DNA of 64,000 bases from Campylobacterales bacterium (GTDB taxonomy: Bacteria > Campylobacterota > Campylobacteria > Campylobacterales > Arcobacteraceae), in NCBI GenBank assembly GCA_018399655.1, contig JAGYNS010000001.1:4658-68657 (forward strand), given 5' to 3'. Positions 57,240 through 64,000 of the stretch are shown piece after piece. The notes below the pieces were generated by a model. The model saw only the letters and a program-made list of their open reading frames with translations. It was not told the DNA's origin and did not search any database. A program made the translations under genes and the position numbers. Positions within the stretch are counted from its first letter, which is position 1; each line of letters starts with the position of its first letter.

Positions 57240-58502
57240 CTAAAACCCTGTAGCACTAAGTGTGTTATATTTATTTTGATATTGTTGTGCTTCAATTTTT
57301 CTCATGGTATCAATAGCAACTTGGACAACAATCAGTACCGCCGTTCCTCCAAAGAAGAATGGTACACCCATAGCTTTTACTATAAGCCAAGGAACCGTTG
57401 CTACAAGTCCTAAATATATTGATCCAAAAAATGTCAATTTGCTTGCTACATCATTTAAAAATTCACTTGTACCTGTCCCTGGACGAATCCCTGGAATAAA
57501 TCCACCTTGTCTTTTTAAATTATCTGCGATATCTTTTGCATTAAAAGTGATCGATGCATAAAAATATGCAAAGAAAACAACAAAAAGAAAAGTAAATATA
57601 TTGTAGGTATAACTATTAGGATTTAAATAATCAGAAATCAGCATCAGTGTTTCATTTTGGGTACCTTGCAAAATAGTTGCAGGAAACATCAATATAGCAC
57701 TTGCAAAAATAACTGGAATTACCCCACTTAAGTTTACTTTGATCGGGATATAGTTCATAATCTTTTTATTTTGGTTTTGCATTACTACTTTTCTACTATA
57801 TGAAACCGGGACTCTTCGTTCCGCTAACTCTATATAGATAATAATTCCAACGGTAAGTAAGATTACTATTAATATTGCAATTACAACTAAAAAGCTCATT
57901 TGACCACTATTTACTAGATCAACTGTACCACCAATTGCACTAGGGATCGCTGAAACAATACCTGCAAAGATAATAAGTGAAATACCATTTCCTATCCCTC
58001 TTTGGGTAATCTGTTCACCTATCCACATCAACATAACTGTACCTGCTACCATAGAAACAGTAGCAACCATTATAAAGGTATCAAGATCAATCATTATAGC
58101 ACTTTGTCCATTTTGTCCTGTAAGTGAATTAAGCCCCATAGAGACTCCAATTGCCTGAACAAATGTAATACCAATAGTTGCATACCGAATGATCTGCATA
58201 TATTTTTGCATACCATCTCGCTCTTTTTTCATTTTTCCAAGAGCTGGAAATGTAGCAGCAAGAAGTTCCATAATAATTGAAGCAGTAATATAAGGCATGA
58301 TACCTAAGGAGATAATACTTAATCTTTCAACAGCATTTCCACTGAACATATTCACAAGACCAAGTGCATTGTTTGAATTTGTGTCAAAAAACTCTTTTAC
58401 AACAGTTAAGTCAACACCAGGTACTGGCACATACGCCAGTATTCTGAATATTAAAATAAAACCTAATGTAATTAAAATTTTATTTAATAAATCTTTATTC
58501 AT
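57240..58502 (-). CDS. secY: Preprotein translocase subunit SecY
   Basis: LGIMPYITASIIM, GIGNGISLIIF, IPGIRPG, GGTAVLIVV. Confidence 0.98.
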   Translation of the reverse strand: MNKDLLNKILITLGFILIFRILAYVPVPGVDLTVVKEFFDTNSNNALGLVNMFSGNAVERLSIISLGIMPYITASIIMELLAATFPALGKMKKERDGMQKYMQIIRYATIGITFVQAIGVSMGLNSLTGQNGQSAIMIDLDTFIMVATVSMVAGTVMLMWIGEQITQRGIGNGISLIIFAGIVSAIPSAIGGTVDLVNSGQMSFLVVIAILIVILLTVGIIIYIELAERRVPVSYSRKVVMQNQNKKIMNYIPIKVNLSGVIPVIFASAILMFPATILQGTQNETLMLISDYLNPNSYTYNIFTFLFVVFFAYFYASITFNAKDIADNLKRQGGFIPGIRPGTGTSEFLNDVASKLTFFGSIYLGLVATVPWLIVKAMGVPFFFGGTAVLIVVQVAIDTMRKIEAQQYQNKYNTLSATGF

Positions 58503-58507
58503 AAGAG

Positions 58508-58909
58508 TTACTTACCAGTTGTTGTTACATTTTCATCTTTTATCTTCGATGCAACATCTTTAACCGTAGAACCAATAAGTTTTACTTTTTTTACATCTTT
58601 TGATAATTTATAAACAGTTCGAATAGATGCTACTGTTATCTCATCAAGATTTGCTACTTTTTTTACTTTATCAACATTGATTGAGTAAGGTTTAATAACT
58701 CTTGAGTGAAATCCAATTTTTGGAACTCTTTTTTGAAGTGGCATTTGCCCACCCTCAAAGTGTCTTTTTATTTTATATCCAGATCTAGCTTTTTGACCTT
58801 TATGTCCTCGAGTAGAGGTTTTACCCATACCAGAACCTTGTCCTCGTCCTACTCTTTTTCTATTTTGTGTACTACCATCTGCTGGTTTTAAATCTTGTAA
58901 AATTGACAT
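58508..58909 (-). CDS. rplO: 50S ribosomal protein L15
   Basis: [21 protein letters not shown]. Confidence 0.98.
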   Translation of the reverse strand: MSILQDLKPADGSTQNRKRVGRGQGSGMGKTSTRGHKGQKARSGYKIKRHFEGGQMPLQKRVPKIGFHSRVIKPYSINVDKVKKVANLDEITVASIRTVYKLSKDVKKVKLIGSTVKDVASKIKDENVTTTGK

Positions 58910-58912
58910 AAT

Positions 58913-59362
58913 CTATCCTTTTATTCTAGCTAGTGCTTCAATTGTAGCTTGTACAAGGTTGTTAGGATTGTTTGATCCTAAAGACTTTGCAATGATATCT
59001 GTAATACCAGATAATTCTAGAACTGGTCTTGCAGCACCCCCTGCAATAAGCCCTGTACCTTCAGATGCAGGTTTGAGTAAAATTTTACTTGAATTGTACT
59101 TATGCTCAATATCGTGATTGATCGTAGTACCGTGTAATTTTACTTTAATAAGTGATTTAAATGCATCATCAAGTGCTTTTTTAATTGCATCTGGAACCTC
59201 TTTTGCTTTTCCTGTTCCAAACCCTACTGTTCCATTTTTATCACCAACAACTACTAAAGCAGTAAATCTAAATCTTCTACCACCTTTTGCAACTTTTGTA
59301 ACTCTTCCTATCTTAACGATAGCTTCTTCGAAATCGTCTCTATTTACTTCAACAGCCATCAT
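58913..59362 (-). CDS. rpsE: 30S ribosomal protein S5
   Basis: [30 protein letters not shown]. Confidence 0.98.
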   Translation of the reverse strand: MMAVEVNRDDFEEAIVKIGRVTKVAKGGRRFRFTALVVVGDKNGTVGFGTGKAKEVPDAIKKALDDAFKSLIKVKLHGTTINHDIEHKYNSSKILLKPASEGTGLIAGGAARPVLELSGITDIIAKSLGSNNPNNLVQATIEALARIKG

Positions 59363-59368
59363 TGCCCC

Positions 59369-59728
59369 TTATAGTTTTATACCGTTATCTCTAAGTGATT
59401 GTGCAAAACTTGCAACCACACCGTGATAAAGGTATCCATTTTTATCATAAACAACAGTTTCGATATTTTTAGATTTTAAAGTTTCAGCTAATGCAGCTGC
59501 TACTTTTACAACATTATCTTTGCTTACAGATAACTTCATTGCTCTACTATCAACAGCAGCTAGAGTTTTTCCAGCAATATCATCGATAGCTTGTGCATAA
59601 AAGTATTTATTCGATTTAAAGACAGTAAGTCTTGGTTTTTGCTCAGTACCACTAAGCTTCCCTCTTACTCTTCTTTTTCGTCGTAATCTTAAAGCATCTC
59701 TTTTTAATAAATCTTTCGCTCTACTCAT
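59369..59728 (-). CDS. rplR: 50S ribosomal protein L18
   Basis: PRLTVFKSNK, YLYHGVV. Confidence 0.97.
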   Translation of the reverse strand: MSRAKDLLKRDALRLRRKRRVRGKLSGTEQKPRLTVFKSNKYFYAQAIDDIAGKTLAAVDSRAMKLSVSKDNVVKVAAALAETLKSKNIETVVYDKNGYLYHGVVASFAQSLRDNGIKL

Positions 59729-59742
59729 AATTCAACACCTTA

Positions 59743-60276
59743 TTACTTCGCTGTCTTACCAGCTTTTCTAACGATATGCTCGTCAGTATACTTCACACCT
59801 TTACCTTTGTATGGCTCTGGCGGTCTGAAACCTCTAATTTTTGCTGCAACTTGACCAACTTCTTGCTTGTCACTTCCTTTTATGGTGATAATATTTTTAT
59901 CAACACCGATCTCAATATTTTCTGGAATATCAAAATTGATAGGATGTGAGAAGCCTAGTTGTAACTCAAGAACTTTCCCTTTTACTGCTGCTCTATAACC
60001 AACACCATTAATCTCTAAAGATTTAGTAAATCCTTCATTAAGACCTACAATAGCATTGTTCGTTAAAGCTCGGTAAGTTCCCCAGTAAGCTCTATCTTGT
60101 GACTCTTCACCTTTAAGTAAAAAAGTAACAACTCCATCACTAAGCTCAACACCCACACGATTGTGAGTATCTACATCAATAGCTTTATTTCCTTTTTTCA
60201 CTGTCACAACACCGTTGTTTTCAGTTACTTCTATCCCCTTTGGGATACTAATAGGTTTTTTTCCAACTCTTGACAT
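59743..60276 (-). CDS. rplF: 50S ribosomal protein L6
   Basis: [28 protein letters not shown]. Confidence 0.98.
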   Translation of the reverse strand: MSRVGKKPISIPKGIEVTENNGVVTVKKGNKAIDVDTHNRVGVELSDGVVTFLLKGEESQDRAYWGTYRALTNNAIVGLNEGFTKSLEINGVGYRAAVKGKVLELQLGFSHPINFDIPENIEIGVDKNIITIKGSDKQEVGQVAAKIRGFRPPEPYKGKGVKYTDEHIVRKAGKTAK

Positions 60277-60286
60277 CTACAACTCC

Positions 60287-60685
60287 TTACCATACAGAAC
60301 AAAGAGCTTCACCACCAACATTGGCTTTATATGCTTCATCATTAGCAATAACACCTTTGTTAGTAGAAACTATAATTGTTCCGTATCCATTTTTAAAACT
60401 TTTAAGTTCAGTTGCGTTTTTATAAACTCTTCTTCCAGGTTTTGAAATCTTTTTGATCTCACTGATAACACTATTGTCATTGTCATCATATTTTAATGTA
60501 ATATTAATAGTTTTCTTTTTAGGGTCTGTATCAACAACTTTAAACTCTTCTATATACTCTTTTTGCTTTAAAACATTGCAAACAGCTTCCACAGTATTAG
60601 AGTGAACAAGAGTAGTTGTTTCTAACTTTCTCATTGCAGCATTTCTAATTCTAGTCAAAGCGTCTGCGATTAAATCATTCATCAT
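60287..60685 (-). CDS. rpsH: 30S ribosomal protein S8
   Basis: [30 protein letters not shown]. Confidence 0.98.
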   Translation of the reverse strand: MMNDLIADALTRIRNAAMRKLETTTLVHSNTVEAVCNVLKQKEYIEEFKVVDTDPKKKTINITLKYDDNDNSVISEIKKISKPGRRVYKNATELKSFKNGYGTIIVSTNKGVIANDEAYKANVGGEALCSVW

Positions 60686-60700
60686 GGGCTTTTCCTTTTT

Positions 60701-60886
60701 TTACCAGCTAGATTTTCTAATACCAGGTATTAAACCTTCATTAGCCATTTTTCTTAAACATATTCTACATAAACCAAAATCTCTGTATACTGACTTTGGT
60801 CTACCACATACTGAACATCTTGTATATGCTCTACTTGAGAACTTAGGCGTTCTTTTTGTTTTTGCGATCATTGACTTCTTTGCCAT
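60701..60886 (-). CDS. rpsN: 30S ribosomal protein S14 type Z (zinc-binding)
   Basis: RCSVCGRP...GLCRIC...KSSW, 61 aa. Confidence 0.97.
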   Translation of the reverse strand: MAKKSMIAKTKRTPKFSSRAYTRCSVCGRPKSVYRDFGLCRICLRKMANEGLIPGIRKSSW

Positions 60887-61437
60887 TATGCTGCTCTCCC
60901 TTTCGTAAATGGTACACCCATAAGCTCTAAAAGCCTATAAGACTCTTCATCTTTTGTAGTTGAAGTTGTAATAGAGATATTCATACCGTGTGTTTGAATA
61001 ATATTGTCAAATTCAACCTCTGGGAACATCAACTGCTCATCTAAACCAAAGTTGAAATTTCCTGCACCATCAAATCCATTTCTATTAAGACCTCTAAAGT
61101 CTTTCACCCGTGGAAGTGCAATTGATACAAGTTTATCTAAAAATTCATACATTCTGCTTCCTCTAAGAGTTACTTTTACTCCTACAGGCATCCCCTCTCT
61201 TACTTTAAATCCAGCTACTGATTTATTTGAGATAATTGTTACCGCTTTTTGTCCAGCAATTAAAGAGATAGTATCACTAATATTTTGAATCAACTTACTA
61301 TCTTTCATAGCAAAACCAGTTCCAACAGAGATAGTTACTTTCTCAACTTTAGGAGTAAGCATTTTGTTCCCTGAGAACTCACTTTGCAATACTGGAGCGA
61401 TTTCACTTTTATATTTTTCATATAATCTTGCTGCCAT
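60886..61437 (-). CDS. rplE: 50S ribosomal protein L5
   Basis: [24 protein letters not shown]. Confidence 0.98.
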   Translation of the reverse strand: MAARLYEKYKSEIAPVLQSEFSGNKMLTPKVEKVTISVGTGFAMKDSKLIQNISDTISLIAGQKAVTIISNKSVAGFKVREGMPVGVKVTLRGSRMYEFLDKLVSIALPRVKDFRGLNRNGFDGAGNFNFGLDEQLMFPEVEFDNIIQTHGMNISITTSTTKDEESYRLLELMGVPFTKGRAA

Positions 61438-61440
61438 GTT

Positions 61441-61674
61441 CTACTCCTCTACTTTTGCTACATTAGAGATATCGATTGGCATCTCTTTATTGATAAACCC
61501 ACCATCTTTATGTTGCTCTGATGGTTTTACTGTTTTTTTTGCCAATTTACAATCTTTTACTAAAACTTTTCCTGTTTTTGGCATTACTGCTAAAACCTCT
61601 CCTGTTTTCCCTTTATCATCACCTGCAATAATTTTTACAGTGTCACCTTTTTTGATTTTCATTTTTACAGCCAT
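61441..61674 (-). CDS. rplX: 50S ribosomal protein L24
   Basis: [26 protein letters not shown]. Confidence 0.97.
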   Translation of the reverse strand: MAVKMKIKKGDTVKIIAGDDKGKTGEVLAVMPKTGKVLVKDCKLAKKTVKPSEQHKDGGFINKEMPIDISNVAKVEE

Positions 61675-62042
61675 TATAATACCTCCGGAGCAAGTGAAAC
61701 AATTTTCATAAATCCAGCATATCGCACTTCTCTTGCAACTGGTCCAAAAATTCTTGTCCCTATAGGCTCACCTTTTTCAGTAAGGATAACTGCAGCATTG
61801 TCATCAAATCGAATCAAAGATCCATTTTCTCTTTGAACCTCTTTATGAGTCCGTACAATAACAGCCTTTACAACAGCCCCTCTTTTTACTTTTCCAACAG
61901 GTAGAGCTTTTTTAACTGAAGCTACGATCACATCACCAACCGTTGCATATCTTCTTTTAGATCCACCTAAAACTTTAATACACATAATCTCTTTTGCACC
62001 AGTGTTATCTGCTACATTTAGTCTTGAAAAACTTTGTATCAT
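61674..62042 (-). CDS. rplN: 50S ribosomal protein L14
   Basis: [30 protein letters not shown]. Confidence 0.98.
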   Translation of the reverse strand: MIQSFSRLNVADNTGAKEIMCIKVLGGSKRRYATVGDVIVASVKKALPVGKVKRGAVVKAVIVRTHKEVQRENGSLIRFDDNAAVILTEKGEPIGTRIFGPVAREVRYAGFMKIVSLAPEVL

Positions 62043-62299
62043 ACGATCACCCCTTTAGAAACAACTCTTTTTAATCGAAAAGATTTTGTTTTAGAAAGTG
62101 GTCTACACTCAGTAGCTACTACTGTATCACCAAGTCCTAACTCGTTTTTCTCATCATGGATAAGGTATTTTTTAAATCTTTTTACAGTTTTGTGATATTT
62201 TGGGTGTAAAACATTTCTAGTAACCAATACTGAAGCTGTTTTGTCTCCAGCTTTTTTTACAACTACACCTTGAATTTCTCTTTTGTGCTTGTTCATCAT
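62039..62299 (-). CDS. rpsQ: 30S ribosomal protein S17
   Basis: [15 protein letters not shown]. Confidence 0.97.
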   Translation of the reverse strand: MMNKHKREIQGVVVKKAGDKTASVLVTRNVLHPKYHKTVKRFKKYLIHDEKNELGLGDTVVATECRPLSKTKSFRLKRVVSKGVIV

Positions 62300-62312
62300 C
62301 TAACCCTTGCTC

Positions 62313-62495
62313 TTAAGCTGCATTGATCGCTGTTTTGATTCTAGCGATATCTTTTTTTACAGCTCTTAATTCACTTGTGTTTGTTAATTGCATTGTTTTT
62401 AATTTTAATTTTAATTCAAACAATAGCACCTTTTTCTCTTTTAATAACTCATTTAGTTCAGTTACATTTTTTCCGCTCAAATCAGAATAATTCAT
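62313..62495 (-). CDS. rpmC: 50S ribosomal protein L29
   Basis: [14 protein letters not shown]. Confidence 0.96.
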   Translation of the reverse strand: MNYSDLSGKNVTELNELLKEKKVLLFELKLKLKTMQLTNTSELRAVKKDIARIKTAINAA

Positions 62496-62907
62496 GCTCA
62501 ACCTCTTTTGATACTATTTTTGTTTTGAAAGGAAGTTTGCTTTGTGCCAAGATAAGAGCCTCTCTTGCAAGCTCTTCAGATACACCTGCAACTTCAAAAC
62601 ATATTTTTCCTGGCTTAATATTCATAACATATTTTTCAATAGGACCTTTACCCTTACCCATTCTCACTTCTAGTGGTCGTTTTGTAAGAGGCTTATGTGG
62701 GAAAACCATAATCCATACTTTTCCAGCTCTGTTCATCTTTCTTGTCATTGCAATTCTTGATGCTTCGATTTGTCTTGCATCAATTCTACTATGCTCTAAG
62801 GCTTTAAGACCAAACTCACCATATGCTAAACTATTAGCTCTATGAGACTTTCCTCTATTTCGACCTTTCATTTGCTTTCTATATTTTGTTCTTTTAGGCA
62901 TTAACAT
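62482..62907 (-). CDS. rplP: 50S ribosomal protein L16
   Basis: [18 protein letters not shown]. Confidence 0.98.
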   Translation of the reverse strand: MLMPKRTKYRKQMKGRNRGKSHRANSLAYGEFGLKALEHSRIDARQIEASRIAMTRKMNRAGKVWIMVFPHKPLTKRPLEVRMGKGKGPIEKYVMNIKPGKICFEVAGVSEELAREALILAQSKLPFKTKIVSKEVEHELF

Positions 62908-62909
62908 GA

Positions 62910-63614
62910 TTATTCACCTCTCTTTTTAGGAGCTCTTTTTCTCTTAGGTCTTTTGTCATCCTCAGTTTTTTCAACAGGAATCCCTTTTGCAAGTACTTCC
63001 CCTTTGAATATCCAAACTTTAATACCTATGTTTCCATATGTAGTATGACCCTCAGCAAAACCATAATCGATTCTAGCTCGTAATGTATGTAAAGGAACTC
63101 TTCCTTCTAAGTACCACTCAGTTCTTGCCATCTCAGCTCCACCAAGTCTTCCTGATACAGATACTTTAATACCTTTTGCTCCAGCTTTTACTGCATTTTG
63201 CATCACTCTTTTCATCGCTCTTCTAAATGCAACCCTTCGCTCTAGTTGTTGACCAATATTTTCAGCAGCTAATTGTGCAGAAAGGAAAGGTTTTCTCTCC
63301 TCTTTAATATTAACAGCAATATCTTTTCCAACAAGTTTTTTAAGGTTTTCTTTTAACTTTTCTACATCTGCACCTTTTTTCCCAATAATAATACCAGGTC
63401 TAGCTGCAACGATAGTAACTCTTACTTTTTTTGTTGTTCTTTCAATAATAGTTTGTGCAACTCCAGCATAATATAGCTCTTTTTTCACAAACTTTCTTAT
63501 TTTATAATCTTCTGCAACATTTGCAGGCATAGTTGAAACATTTGGGAACCATCTGCTTTCCCAGTTTTTGTTGATCCCTAATCTTAGTCCAATTGGATTA
63601 ACTTTTTGACCCAT
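62910..63614 (-). CDS. rpsC: 30S ribosomal protein S3
   Basis: [34 protein letters not shown]. Confidence 0.98.
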   Translation of the reverse strand: MGQKVNPIGLRLGINKNWESRWFPNVSTMPANVAEDYKIRKFVKKELYYAGVAQTIIERTTKKVRVTIVAARPGIIIGKKGADVEKLKENLKKLVGKDIAVNIKEERKPFLSAQLAAENIGQQLERRVAFRRAMKRVMQNAVKAGAKGIKVSVSGRLGGAEMARTEWYLEGRVPLHTLRARIDYGFAEGHTTYGNIGIKVWIFKGEVLAKGIPVEKTEDDKRPKRKRAPKKRGE

Positions 63615-63943
63615 TACTTGTCTCCTTCGATTGCATTAACTTCTACATAGATGTGTGCCGTTGGTTTATGTTTTGGAGACGCACTACCTCGTGCTCTTGG
63701 AGTAAATCTCTTTAAAACTGGACCTTTATCTACTCTACAGCTTGAAACAATCGCTTCTTCTGGCTCTAAACCTGAATTTGCAACTGCCGAAGCGATAACT
63801 TTAGAAATAATTCCTGCAGCTTTGTTTGGAGTAAACTCTAAAGATGCAATTGCAACTTCCGCATTCATCCCTTGCACTTCTCTTGCTATCAATCTTGCTT
63901 TGATTGGAGACAATCTAATAAATTTTAATGTAGCTTTTCCCAT
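63614..63943 (-). CDS. rplV: 50S ribosomal protein L22
   Basis: [21 protein letters not shown]. Confidence 0.98.
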   Translation of the reverse strand: MGKATLKFIRLSPIKARLIAREVQGMNAEVAIASLEFTPNKAAGIISKVIASAVANSGLEPEEAIVSSCRVDKGPVLKRFTPRARGSASPKHKPTAHIYVEVNAIEGDK

Positions 63944-64000
63944 TATCCAACCTTTCTTTGTACAGAGCCTTTATGCCCCTTAAAAGTTCTTGTTGGTGCA
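63943..64000 (-). CDS. rpsS: 30S ribosomal protein S19 (C-terminal end; starts outside window)
   Basis: Manual translation [18 protein letters not shown]. Confidence 0.93.
   Translation of the reverse strand, partial: APTRTFKGHKGSVQRKVG

Overview
AT-rich chromosomal window from a Campylobacterota bacterium, most likely Arcobacteraceae (inferred from gene content and order: rplI-hslV-hslU, futalosine-pathway mqnE/mqnF, no rpmD between rpsE and rplO). Positions 1-9.4 kb and 28-64 kb are mostly housekeeping genes: hslUV, rpsO, amtB-glnB, tyrS, spoT, pyrH, leuA, a K+/ion transport cluster, aroQ, mqnE, msrA/B, metF, serB and the distal S10/spc ribosomal operon. From about 9.87 to 27.95 kb nearly every gene is broken by single-base indels, including core genes (rplY, pth, lptG, amiA), so this is most likely uncorrected long-read error; coordinates there are approximate and were read by stitching frames. 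That stretch holds an accessory islet (AAA_14/DUF4143 ATPase, duplicated AEC transporter 3' end, ccdAB, XRE regulator, solute-binding protein-GGDEF-histidine kinase) and a six-gene cluster: NUDIX, metallo-beta-lactamase cNMP phosphodiesterase, CHASE2 adenylate cyclase, GAF-HD-GYP, Slam/DUF560-like TPR barrel, and a FecR-domain protein with a TbpB-like C-terminal barrel. Other notable items are a Leu-rich leader peptide upstream of leuA, a degenerate NtrC/NtrB-like pair with a candidate operator before amtB, a small HTH gene with two operators on its own promoter, a structured MITE, and a hairpin insertion flanked by a 27-bp duplication. All product calls come from motif recognition; no database searches were run.
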